From positions 525 through 64,524 of the forward strand of contig JAHISB010000026.1 of assembly GCA_018818425.1 (NCBI GenBank): a DNA stretch of 64,000 bases, written 5' to 3'. Position 1 is the stretch's first letter. The number at the start of each line of letters is the position of its first letter. This document shows, one piece after another, positions 48,801-57,183 of this stretch. The position numbers and the translations under genes were made by a program. The DNA is from Patescibacteria group bacterium (GTDB taxonomy: Bacteria > Patescibacteriota > Patescibacteriia > UBA1558 > UBA10009). The notes beneath the pieces are model-generated. The model was not told the origin of the DNA, made no database searches, and was given only the letters and a program-made list of their open reading frames with translations.

Positions 48801-50670
48801 GTAATTTTTGTAATTCTATGGGTTCAATTTTTGCAATATTCTGGTATTCTTTTTGTAAGTTCTGTTTTTTTATTTGCTTGTTTAATGCTTCCTCAAGTAA
48901 AGACACTGCCTTATTTAATTCTTGGATATTTAGTGCGCGCCATTCTGGAGGAAGTTCCTCGGTTTGCGATAAATACGAAAATACATCTCCTAATTTTGAT
49001 AAGTTTTCAAATGTAAAACCTGGCCATTGGGATATTACCAAGTCAGCTAGTTGGTTCAATTTTAAATTAATTTCTATATATTTTTCAAGGATATTTTTAA
49101 GTCCTCGTTTCAATATATCTACAGAAAGTTGAGTTTTAGAATCCCGCATAAATCCTCTCCAAGGATGTTTTTTTCGGGAATCAAAAACTGTCGATTGTGA
49201 CTCAAGACTCCTTAGTAGTTCTAGCTTTTTCTCAAGTTGCTCCTTGCTTACTCGTGTGACATCTGCCCAAGGTAGATCAAAATCAAGATCTCTATAACTA
49301 TGGTATTTTTCGATTAAACCTATAGCATTATAAATTGTTTTACCTAGAGGGTCTTTTTTGGAATGAATTTCTTTGACGTAATTATTAAGATTATTTCTAA
49401 TTTTTATAAGCTCCTCCAACTCGTCATTAAACGTATCACTGGTTCTTGTCACAGGTGATTCAATTGTTTTTTTTAATTCATCAATAATTTTTGTTTTTCC
49501 AGCCTTTGTACTATGTGCCTCTAGGCAAAAGCGACCCAGCCCAAGTTTTACTAATCTATCATAGACTACATCTAATGCAGCCATTTTTGCGCTGACAAAT
49601 AATACCTTTTTGCCTTTTCCTAAAGTATCAGCAATCAAATTAGAAATAGTTTGACTTTTTCCCGTACCAGGAGGGCCGTGAACTACTAAGTTTCTTTCTG
49701 CTGTAGCAATTGTTAATGCGTGTAATTGACTTGCGTCTGCGGGTAGAACTGGAATGGGCACGGTTTCTGGAGTTTCCATTTCGTCTAAATCCTCCCCTAA
49801 AGCTTCTGATGTTTCAGATTCTTTGTTTGCGTTCGCAAAGGCTGCAACAATTTTATTATTATAAGCTTCTTCAATCATATTTCCTAAATCAGTGTAGATA
49901 ACAAGTGATTCAAATGAGAATGTGCTTAGCCAAGTATTGTCTACTACTCGCCAGTTTTGCTCTGATGTCTTTTTTTGTACGGCGTCTAAAAATTGTTTAA
50001 GTGATTCTTGATTGGGCTCATCTATAAATTCAGGATCTATAAATTCAGGTAGGTTTACGTGATGTCTCTCTCGTAAATAAAGTTTTAATGCTGGATTAAC
50101 TTGTAGTTCCTCGTCAGACATTTTTAAAAGCATATGTGAATTGGAGCCTCGATTTTCCAATTGACAGGGAACTAATAGTAATGGTGAGGATGATTCGCCT
50201 AAAATTGGATCATCCCATTCTAAAAGGCCAAACGTTAAGTGTAATGTAGTTACACCCCTTTCTTCTAGTGTTGTTCTGCCATTATCATAAATTCGTCTCA
50301 TTATTCTGAATAAGTCTTTGGGTTCGGATTTAAATTCAATATCACCCGGCTTAACAATGTATTCGGGTTCCTCATCTTCTTCTAAGAGTTTATTTTGGTT
50401 TAACTCTTCATCCTTTCTTTTTCTTTTATTCTTTCTTTTTACAATTGGCATTTTGAGCGAGTGGGCATCTATAGCTATTGAGCTAAACAATTCTCCCGTT
50501 TCGGGCTTAATGGTAAGTAGTTTACTGACTCTGGATCGGTTTATTCCAAGCAATGGATTGCCCTTACTCAAATCTAATAAACGTTCGCGCCATTTTTTTA
50601 TCTGGGCATCTATACGTTCTATGTTTATTGTAGATTTATTTGTTGTATCCACTTTTTTTGTATATATCAT
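45895..50670 (-). CDS. DUF4011-SF1 helicase-Vsr-like nuclease-DUF3320 protein (Hhe-like defence)
   Basis: WRERLLDLS, GPPGTGKSQT, DEASQ, GDEKQLPP, VQGDERD, GIECDGATYH. Confidence 0.85.
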   Translation of the reverse strand: MIYTKKVDTTNKSTINIERIDAQIKKWRERLLDLSKGNPLLGINRSRVSKLLTIKPETGELFSSIAIDAHSLKMPIVKRKNKRKRKDEELNQNKLLEEDEEPEYIVKPGDIEFKSEPKDLFRIMRRIYDNGRTTLEERGVTTLHLTFGLLEWDDPILGESSSPLLLVPCQLENRGSNSHMLLKMSDEELQVNPALKLYLRERHHVNLPEFIDPEFIDEPNQESLKQFLDAVQKKTSEQNWRVVDNTWLSTFSFESLVIYTDLGNMIEEAYNNKIVAAFANANKESETSEALGEDLDEMETPETVPIPVLPADASQLHALTIATAERNLVVHGPPGTGKSQTISNLIADTLGKGKKVLFVSAKMAALDVVYDRLVKLGLGRFCLEAHSTKAGKTKIIDELKKTIESPVTRTSDTFNDELEELIKIRNNLNNYVKEIHSKKDPLGKTIYNAIGLIEKYHSYRDLDFDLPWADVTRVSKEQLEKKLELLRSLESQSTVFDSRKKHPWRGFMRDSKTQLSVDILKRGLKNILEKYIEINLKLNQLADLVISQWPGFTFENLSKLGDVFSYLSQTEELPPEWRALNIQELNKAVSLLEEALNKQIKKQNLQKEYQNIAKIEPIELQKLLESLKSEFSLWTRFFKPSYWRWHSSLRTSLKPGIKITYSSLLNYSKICEDIIGIDKWLVNNNNNLHTYSTRSIEPTDLKLQIIEYKAAIKLKEAILQNIINEPKENQILDDNIRKSLFFLSQMIQDVELISIIKDIEKHWPDGFTDNKQPLFNTTIIKVITRIKEILSSFNKLHEWEVLQATISKCKDSDLGELLNSLNSVSSSNASIIFEKKFYSRWVEVIMDQNPGLKEFAGSLREEQIARFKDLQEEIGKSRLRNIQSGAADPASGVVTARSTTGNHSEIGILQKELQKKKSFKPLRKLFAEIPRVLQALKPCMLMSPLSVSTFLKPGSINFDLVVFDEASQLPTAEAIPSILRAKQVVVAGDEKQLPPTSFFKASSIFLEEEESDDYDDYEPLESLLDNCVAVRPIFEESKIVWHYRSKDERLIKFSNHYFYDNHLITFPSATTSSKGRGIHLIYTPEGTWDRGKSRTNKVEAKKVAETVIQQLDEFPDRSIGIAAMNASQKEAIEYALDDLLSAKPTLTPLFDKNKAEPFFVKSLENVQGDERDTIIISIGYAKTPEGALSFNFGPLNKEGGWRRLNVLVTRAKWQTILVTSMQSRELAGVNPGNKGAIMLKNYIEYSERDANIPAEPVTLSDYETNDFEDGVAVALKDRGYIVDEQIGSSGYRIDLAIRDTRDKDRYLLGIECDGATYHSARTARDRDIIREQVLKNQGWKIHRVWSTDWFRNREDTLNNIIKSANNALKSPSIESIQAPPLKTSQRKEQDNINNSFDSINSKELSPNKQYSSGKPYIKYEQSRKSNTKYLLNKSQQLNLANLIFKIVQIESPIYESLLINRLKEICGVMKAGSNIKSNVKNAVQLLSRGRKIYTQKGFLYANGLEADDFRLPTDEVQRSLEQISPYEIANSVLYLVEDQFGFAKEHLPKAVMGLFSLNRNWSEDTKIISTTIEKLIKDGKLRESGYTLYLE

Positions 50671-50841
50671 GAAATCTCACTAATTTTTATTTAATTGTTT
50701 CATTCCTTAATCTTACACAAAAACCACAAAGTTTGCCAACATTCCCTATATTCCCTACCTAGTACAAACTAGGATAGTGAAAACTCCAATTCTTCCCTAA
50801 CCCAAAAGCAAAAACAGACTTTTCGCCTATTCTTTGCCATA

Positions 50842-50917
50842 TGGGGTGGCTACTGGGAATCGAACCCAGGTTTCCGGGACCACAACCCGGTGCACTAACC
50901 GTTATGCTATAGCCACC
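50842..50917 (-). tRNA. tRNA-His(GTG)
   Basis: cloverleaf, CCGGG-TTGTGGT-CCCGG, G-1, CCA. Confidence 0.95.
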
Positions 50918-51084
50918 ACGATTAAAAAGTTACAAGATACAAATTCCAATTTCCAAACAAATTACAAATCTCAAATTTTAAATTCCAAATAACTTATTTC
51001 TGGGAATTTGGTGATTTTCCGCCAAGGGGATTTGAATCCCTCGGCACGGCTCGGGACAGGCCTACACATAAAAATAAAGGGATT

Positions 51085-51161
51085 TGGTGCGCCTGAGAGG
51101 AATCGAACCTCTGGCCTCAAGCTCCGGAAGCTTGCGCTCTATCCAGTTGAGCTACAGGCGC
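51085..51161 (-). tRNA. tRNA-Arg(CCG)
   Basis: cloverleaf, CAAGC-TTCCGGA-GCTTG, CCA. Confidence 0.95.
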
Positions 51162-51320
51162 GGGTAGGTCGAACCCCTTATAAATATTTAAACTATTAAA
51201 TCTTTATAAAAATAGATGGTTTACCATCCGTAGCGTCAACCTAGTTAAACGCCACTTGGTATATTAACGATTTTGTCCTACCTCGCCAAAACTACAAATA
51301 TTAGACACTGACGCGAAGGA

Positions 51321-51395
51321 TGGTGACCCCACGGGGAATCGAACCCCGGTTGCCAGGATGAAAACCTGGTGTCCTAACCACTAGACGATAGGGCC
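51321..51395 (-). tRNA. tRNA-Glu(TTC)
   Basis: cloverleaf, CCAGG-TTTTCAT-CCTGG, CCA. Confidence 0.95.
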
Positions 51396-51449
51396 AAGAT
51401 TAATTTTGAATTTTGAAAATAGAATTTTGAATATGTTAATTTGCGTCAA

Positions 51450-51543
51450 CCAGGATGCCTGCCCGCCTCTGGCGGGAAAACCTGGTGTCCCTGCCTGCCG
51501 GCAGGCTAACCCCTCGCCTCTGGCGGAATTAGACGATAGGGCC
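51450..51543 (-). pseudogene. tRNA-Glu 5'-half copy with three REP insertions
   Basis: matches the tRNA-Glu 5' half once the CCTGCC/CGCC hairpins are removed; a third 15-nt fragment lies at 51641-51655. Confidence 0.8.
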
Positions 51544-51947
51544 ATTTAAAATTTCCAATTACTAATTTTCAATAAATTCTCAATGTTTAAATTTTCAAAC
51601 AATTTCCAATAATCATTATTTGTGTTTGCGTCAGAGCAGAATTAGACGATAGGGCTATGATTAATTTTGAATTTTGAATTTCGATTGAGTTTTGAATGAT
51701 AAATTTTTAAATTTCCAATAACCAGTTACCAGTTACTGATTACTGGTAATAAAAAACTATAGCCAATACTAACAGAATTTTAACAAAAAGTCAACCCTTG
51801 CTCCCTACATTCTGCTCCCAAGCTTAATTAATTCAAAAGGACAACTAAGTTGAGGTAAAATAATTAAGCTTTGGATTAGAATTCGCGTTTTGACAAAATA
51901 TAATTATAGTATATACTTAGTATATAAATAGTATAACTATTAAATAT

Positions 51948-52223
51948 ATGAATTCAACTATTATTAACATCAAAACTAACCCTAAAGTTAAAAGTGAGGC
52001 CAAAAAAACAGCAGCTGATCTAGGGCTATCTTTAAGCGGAGTTTTAAACGCCTATCTTCGGCAGTTTATCAGAACCAAGTCTGTTTATTTTAGTTTGAAT
52101 GAAGAAAATCCCTCCCCTTATTTATTAGAAGCTTTAAAGGAATCGGAAAAACAGAGAAAAAAGAAGGGGGTTCACTCTTTTGATAATCCTGAAGAGGCAA
52201 TTCATTTCTTAAAAAATACATAG
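51948..52223 (+). CDS. RelB/DinJ family antitoxin
   Basis: INIKT, LGLSLSGVLNAYLRQF; palindromic operator-like TATATACT/AGTATATA in the promoter. Confidence 0.85.
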   Translation: MNSTIINIKTNPKVKSEAKKTAADLGLSLSGVLNAYLRQFIRTKSVYFSLNEENPSPYLLEALKESEKQRKKKGVHSFDNPEEAIHFLKNT

Positions 52224-52226
52224 GGC

Positions 52227-52490
52227 ATGAAGATTGAATACTCCAAACGTTTTGTTAAAGAATTCAAAAAATGTTCTCCTAAAGTTAAGCAGACTTTTAT
52301 TAAAAAACTGGAACTTTTTAGTACAGACAAAAATCATCCGCTTCTAAATAACCATAAATTATCAGGCAAGCTTAAGGATTACAGAAGTATAAATGTTGAT
52401 GGTGATTTTAGAGCTATTTTTCAAGAGTTTAATAATGGACAAACAATTTATTTTGTAATGATAGGCAGTCATAGTCAATTGTATTCATAA
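52227..52490 (+). CDS. RelE/YafQ family mRNA interferase toxin
   Basis: YSKRFVKEF, HKLSG, RSINV, IGSHSQLY. Confidence 0.88.
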   Translation: MKIEYSKRFVKEFKKCSPKVKQTFIKKLELFSTDKNHPLLNNHKLSGKLKDYRSINVDGDFRAIFQEFNNGQTIYFVMIGSHSQLYS

Positions 52491-52696
52491 CGGTTAGAAA
52501 AACCTCTCTCAATATATATTACTTAGAAAATTTAACAAAAATAAAAAGCCACTGAGCAAACCATACGGCTTATTTTTATCTCTTGAATTCTATTCCGAAG
52601 TGAAACATTGGGCGATCCTGTATTCTACTCTGTTTTTTATTTCTCAAAAAAATGCTAAAATACAGATGCTACATCTAAACGAAAGGGGGTGATTAT

Positions 52697-52888
52697 ATGA
52701 TAAATGGCAAAGTATTATTTGGCATTATAGTATTGATTGTGGGTATTTGGATACTGTTTTCTATGGACAATCCCACGGCCCGGTATTTGGGCGGCGGCAT
52801 TGTAACCGTAGTAGGTCTGGCCATGCTGATTAACGGATTTTTAAAGAAACCTCAACCGCCCCAAAATCAGCAAGGCGGGCAACAATAA
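52697..52888 (+). CDS. small membrane protein
   Basis: GGGGG RBS, two TM segments. Confidence 0.6.
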   Translation: MINGKVLFGIIVLIVGIWILFSMDNPTARYLGGGIVTVVGLAMLINGFLKKPQPPQNQQGGQQ

Positions 52889-52909
52889 TAATATTTAAAA
52901 TTTTAATAT

Positions 52910-53077
52910 ATGACTAAAAAAACCTATCCCCGGATACTCCCTTTAATGCTCGGGATCATCTGGGTGATTTTTGCCATCTGGTATTTTATAAAAGATGACC
53001 AAGTCGGCGGCTTTATCTGGCTTATAACATCTTTGGCCTGGTTTATTAACGCTCTTAGGCCGGTAAAAAATAACTGA
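52910..53077 (+). CDS. small membrane protein (55 aa)
   Basis: MTKKTYPRILPLMLGIIWVIFAIWYF...; two TM segments; absent from the ORF track. Confidence 0.55.
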   Translation: MTKKTYPRILPLMLGIIWVIFAIWYFIKDDQVGGFIWLITSLAWFINALRPVKNN

Positions 53078-53210
53078 AATAAAACCTTGTAATTAATTGT
53101 ATTATCATATAACCTTATTAAGGACTCATTATTAATACTAATCAAATAAAATTAATTAAGATCTCTGATTAAATTTAGCTTTAATTAGAGCCATAAAAAG
53201 GAGTAAGATT

Positions 53211-54572
53211 ATGAAATCAAAACTTTTTTTAAAAAGTTTGTTTGCCGTATTGATTTTTTCTTTGCTGATGCCGGTCCAGCTAAGCTGGGCGGCGGCCAGT
53301 TTAGCGGGGGAAGTTTTAACTGTTGAGGATCCTGTTCTTGATGTCAGCTCCGAGGTTACGGCCGCTGATATCGGGGAAAGCGAAAGCGCCATTAACAACG
53401 CCTCTGCCGAAGCCACCGAATCAACCACCACCACCGGCACTTTGATTGAAATCGGCAATACCACGGCCGAAAACACCACCATCATCATCAGAACCGAAGA
53501 TGAAAATGGCGCAACCGAAGACCAAACAGTGGAAGTTGGAACCGCCACTTTAGTGCAGAACGATTCTTTTGGCGCTTCCAGTTTAAGCGACTGGATTGCC
53601 GGCGACCAGATCACCTTTACCGCCACCGAATACACCAACAGCGGCGCCGTTGTGGCAGGCAGTTTAAGAAACCGCGCTCATCATGCCTATGATATCGGCA
53701 AAAACGGCTGGGTCGCCGCCATTAGGCCGGAGCAGAACCAAATGGATATTACCTGGGATAATCAAACCTACACCCTTAATACCAGCGATGCCAGAATGGT
53801 GGCCGGTTTAAAAAATCCGGCAGCTTTAACCGACTTTCAGATCGGCGACCGGATTAGAGCCCGGGTAGTGGACGATAACGACAACAGCCCCTATACTTTT
53901 AACGCTCATATTGTGGTGGTTTTAAGAAGAGGCGATACCTTGTTTATGCGCGTTACCCGCTGGGTAGTTTCCGGCACAGTTTACACCCTGCCGGAAGACC
54001 TGACTAAACCGCTGACTATGGATGTAAAAATTCTCAACTCCCCTTTCTTTGAAGCAGGCGATGTTAATAATCTGGTCGGCGCTCCCGGCGATATTATTAA
54101 AGTTGATATTGACGAAAATACCAAGCTGATCAGAAAATATTTTGGCAAGGCCTTTCTTAAAGAATTTTCTGAAGGCGATGATGTTAGAATTATTGGCCGA
54201 CGCGACGAAAACACCGGCCATATAGTGGCTAAATTCATTAAAAATAATTCTGTCCAAAAATTAGGCAAGGTTTACCGCTTAGGCAAAGTAGATGCCGTTG
54301 ATACCGCCGCCAACACCATTGATATTACCCTGGTTAGAACCAGAATGGCTGTAAAAAACTGGACAATCGAGGTTGTGCCCAGCGCCAAAATTTATCAAGC
54401 CGGAGAAGAAATCGCTATCAGCGATATTCAGCCAAACGACAAGCTAAGAATTATTGGCGGTTCTGCAGATTGGACCGATCATACCATTATGGCCCAGAGG
54501 ATAAATGTATTAATCAAACAAACCAAGCCCACAGCCGCTGAAACAGAAACGCCAGATACTGCGACTCAATAA
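53211..54572 (+). CDS. secreted tandem OB-fold-like (DUF5666-like) protein
   Basis: signal peptide; repeated DWIAGDQI/DFQIGDRI/EFSEGDDV/DIQPNDKL units. Confidence 0.65.
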   Translation: MKSKLFLKSLFAVLIFSLLMPVQLSWAAASLAGEVLTVEDPVLDVSSEVTAADIGESESAINNASAEATESTTTTGTLIEIGNTTAENTTIIIRTEDENGATEDQTVEVGTATLVQNDSFGASSLSDWIAGDQITFTATEYTNSGAVVAGSLRNRAHHAYDIGKNGWVAAIRPEQNQMDITWDNQTYTLNTSDARMVAGLKNPAALTDFQIGDRIRARVVDDNDNSPYTFNAHIVVVLRRGDTLFMRVTRWVVSGTVYTLPEDLTKPLTMDVKILNSPFFEAGDVNNLVGAPGDIIKVDIDENTKLIRKYFGKAFLKEFSEGDDVRIIGRRDENTGHIVAKFIKNNSVQKLGKVYRLGKVDAVDTAANTIDITLVRTRMAVKNWTIEVVPSAKIYQAGEEIAISDIQPNDKLRIIGGSADWTDHTIMAQRINVLIKQTKPTAAETETPDTATQ

Positions 54573-54594
54573 CTCAAGATATTTTTGCCAACCC

Positions 54595-54668
54595 AGCGCC
54601 CTGCCGTTATGCGGCAGGGCGTTTTAAATAAAATAAGACCGGCATAGAAACGCGCCGGTCTTGGTTTT
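54595..54668. terminator. paired terminators between convergent genes
   Basis: CGCCCTGCCG...CGGCAGGGCG and AAGACCGGC...GCCGGTCTT. Confidence 0.65.
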
Positions 54669-54686
54669 ATGTCCTAAGGACGAATT

Positions 54687-55370
54687 CTAAACATCATCAA
54701 GCGGATTTTCGTCAAGATATTTGATGCACGCATCATACTCTGCCTGCGTAATCAAATCTTCCTCCAATCCCAGTGAGAGAACTTGACGGATGTACAGTAT
54801 CACATGAATGTTGTAAGAAGCTTGCTGCAAGGTCTCCCACTTGACTTGTTGGCGGTATAAAATAACCACCAAATCATTGACTACCACGCCCGCTTTCCTC
54901 AAAAAGGCGACGAAACGTTCCTTTGTATCGCCCGTGGTTATCACATCGCCGATCAGCAAGCAAACCTTTCCTTGATAAAGAGCTAATTGGCTGGCATCGG
55001 TGGTTTGCGGATTCCATCTGTCTTTTGTTTCCGGCAGCTCTACAAAAGGAATTCCAAAGGAATTGGCCAAAGCCCTGGCGATTTCCTTTGCTCCTGCAGA
55101 AACAGAGACGATTAAATCTGCGGTGATTTTTTTTTCATGTATTCTTTCTTTAATTGCATTAACGGCCAAAGCTTTTGCTGTAGGGGAAGTGCCGATTACT
55201 TCCTCGCTCACAAAAAAAGGAGATGGGGTTAAAGAAGTTTTGCCTAACCTCACTCTTTCTTTACTGGCCTTTAGCGGAAAGCCCTTTTCAAGATCAAACT
55301 TTAAAGCTCCTGTAAAATGAGCTATGGCCAACGCCTTTTCCACTGGAGTCATTGTAATTTTTTCACTCAT
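54687..55370 (-). CDS. divergent type I phosphoribosyltransferase (PyrE-like paralog)
   Basis: FPLK...SPFF, LLIGDVITTG PRPP loop. Confidence 0.7.
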   Translation of the reverse strand: MSEKITMTPVEKALAIAHFTGALKFDLEKGFPLKASKERVRLGKTSLTPSPFFVSEEVIGTSPTAKALAVNAIKERIHEKKITADLIVSVSAGAKEIARALANSFGIPFVELPETKDRWNPQTTDASQLALYQGKVCLLIGDVITTGDTKERFVAFLRKAGVVVNDLVVILYRQQVKWETLQQASYNIHVILYIRQVLSLGLEEDLITQAEYDACIKYLDENPLDDV

Positions 55371-55734
55371 TGACTATCTCCTCTCATTCATTATTGATGA
55401 TTTCTGAAATTTTGATTGTACAATTTCACCAAAATTACCTTATTCTATTGGTTTTGTCAATAAAATAGGAGTGCTCCAATGCCAAGCATCGGAGTTTGTT
55501 TATTATTTAAAAAGTGGGTAGAACCACGTCTCGCACGCCGTAGCAACGCTTTATTTATTTTAATGTTCATGCTGGCTCCGCTGTCCTTCCACGATTGCCT
55601 TGTCATTGGGGCTTGACGCGGAGGCGTGTCGATCCCTCGACTCATTAAACCTTTTTATAATGCCGTCAAACATCTTTTAATTTTTTATTAAAAAAACTCG
55701 CCCATTTCTGGACGAGCTGTCTTTTTAATTTTGC

Positions 55735-56556
55735 TTACTCCAAGCATTTAAATACCGCTGGCTTTTTTTGGCAATCACAGTTCCATGATGGCTGGCCTCC
55801 CTCAAGTTGACCCATAGCGGTAAGTATTGCTTTTACCACTTGTACCTGGGCGTGTTTTACGGCTCGTTCAACTCCCTCTCCATCAACAGAAGAATCTTCC
55901 AACGGCAGGTCTGCGACAATGCCAATGGGCAGGTAATGGGCAGCCATTTCCCTGGCTAAACGAGCTTCGCCGGCCACTGTCATTCCCAGCAATGATAATC
56001 CCGGGATAGAATTACAATAGAATGCCAATTCTGCCGGAGTTTCATAGCCAGGGCCTATAATGCAGGTTAAAACTCCACCGCGGAGAACTGCTTCGTCAGT
56101 TATCAGCGACTGCATTTGCGGACAAAGCAAGCCCTTGGCTGACCGGTAGAAAGCCGTGGGGTGGACAAAACCTTCGTCCGCGAAAGTGTAAACCCCGGCC
56201 GTTAAGTCTACTAAATCATCCGGCATGACCAGCGAGCCAACCTTCTTCCCTTGAAAAGCTCCCCAATTGACTCCGCCAACAGCAGTGGTGGCAAAAATAT
56301 GCTCGACACCACTTTTATACAGCATATACATGTAGGCCCGATGATCAATCATATGCGGGAAGCGGTATGGCACAGTACAATAATGACGGTCGACCAAAAT
56401 AAATGATCTCGAACCAGTACTGACTATATGGTATCGTATAGAACCATAAGGAGTTGTGGTATTCTTTGGTTCTGAGTTAAAGATAGGCAAGCCCATTGTC
56501 TGACTGGCCGTAAATACCCCAGACATGCCGGTGCCTGTGATAATAGCAGTTTTCAT
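55735..56556 (-). CDS. MTAP/PNP family nucleoside phosphorylase
   Basis: IITGTG, TPYG, RH, TTAVGG, GPGYETPAE, GMT. Confidence 0.8.
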   Translation of the reverse strand: MKTAIITGTGMSGVFTASQTMGLPIFNSEPKNTTTPYGSIRYHIVSTGSRSFILVDRHYCTVPYRFPHMIDHRAYMYMLYKSGVEHIFATTAVGGVNWGAFQGKKVGSLVMPDDLVDLTAGVYTFADEGFVHPTAFYRSAKGLLCPQMQSLITDEAVLRGGVLTCIIGPGYETPAELAFYCNSIPGLSLLGMTVAGEARLAREMAAHYLPIGIVADLPLEDSSVDGEGVERAVKHAQVQVVKAILTAMGQLEGGQPSWNCDCQKKPAVFKCLE

Positions 56557-56667
56557 GATGATTCTCCTAATTTTTTTTGAACTTTGTGCTACTGATATTT
56601 ATATCTATCACTATTTTGATATCTAAGTCAAGTTAAATATACAAATCTCTTATGGTTTGGGTATTTT

Positions 56668-56705
56668 AAAAAAATAAAAAAACGGCCAGTTTAATAAACC
56701 GGCCG
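56668..56705 (-). terminator. intrinsic terminator
   Basis: CGGCCGGTTT-ATT-AAACTGGCCG followed by T7. Confidence 0.8.
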
Positions 56706-56709
56706 CTTA

Positions 56710-56955
56710 CATTGGCGCCCCGCGCCGCGAGCCTGCTGCTATTATTAAGATAAACCGAACAGAACGGCCCATGGTTGACGCGGGGCAAAATGATGTCCCC
56801 TCCCAAATTGGTTTGGCAGGGGCAAACAGATTCAGAAGATGTTTTAGATGCGCTATCTGTTTAAACCCCTGCCACGAGTTAAGAGGGCCCAGGGGGTGAC
56901 TACAGGTTATTAGTAGCAGTATCTTAATAGTAAAAAACTTGTAGTCTACCACTGT
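56710..56955 (-). ncRNA. candidate multi-hairpin ncRNA downstream of tRNA-Trp
   Basis: three GC-rich stems, 10-nt loop-loop complement, own terminator. Confidence 0.55.
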
Positions 56956-57002
56956 AACTAAGGTATAGGCCCTTAAAAATAGTGTTAAAACACAACTTTT
57001 TG

Positions 57003-57075
57003 CGAGGCAGGGGGGGCTCGAACCCCCAACCCCCGGTTTTGGGGACCGGTGCACTACCGTTTGCGCTACTGCCTC
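57003..57075 (-). tRNA. tRNA-Trp(CCA), with C at position 33 and no encoded CCA
   Basis: GAGGCAG/CTGCCTC acceptor stem, CCGGT-CCCCAAA-ACCGG, G73. Confidence 0.85.
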
Positions 57076-57183
57076 TAAAAAGAACGTTTAGCCCATTTTA
57101 ATAGATATCAAAAAAATGTCAAGCCCGTCAAAAAATTACAAAGGATTTTGATTTTTCAGTCCTTATTATGCTATTATTGATAT

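Larger units (their letters stand above)
44972..50852. mobile_element. genomic island integrated at the tRNA-His 3' end (no integrase visible)
   Basis: TGGGGTGGCTA direct repeat at 44972-44982 and 50842-50852; cargo more AT-rich and free of the host repeats. Confidence 0.7.

Noticed and set aside
51009-51062. Possible tRNA 3' remnant (TGGTG...GGATTTGAATCC)
   Set aside because: Explained by TTTTCCGCCAA and CCCTCGGCACGGCTCGGG REP hairpins; no acceptor stem.
56707-57054. 115-aa ORF as secE or other protein after tRNA-Trp
   Set aside because: It overlaps the tRNA, has no RBS and no SecE features; the region looks like structured RNA.
57003-57075. Reading this tRNA as Pro, or as evidence for UGA recoding (code 25)
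   Set aside because: The minus-strand anticodon is CCA, and TGA terminates several conserved genes (rnj, rnc, fxsA).
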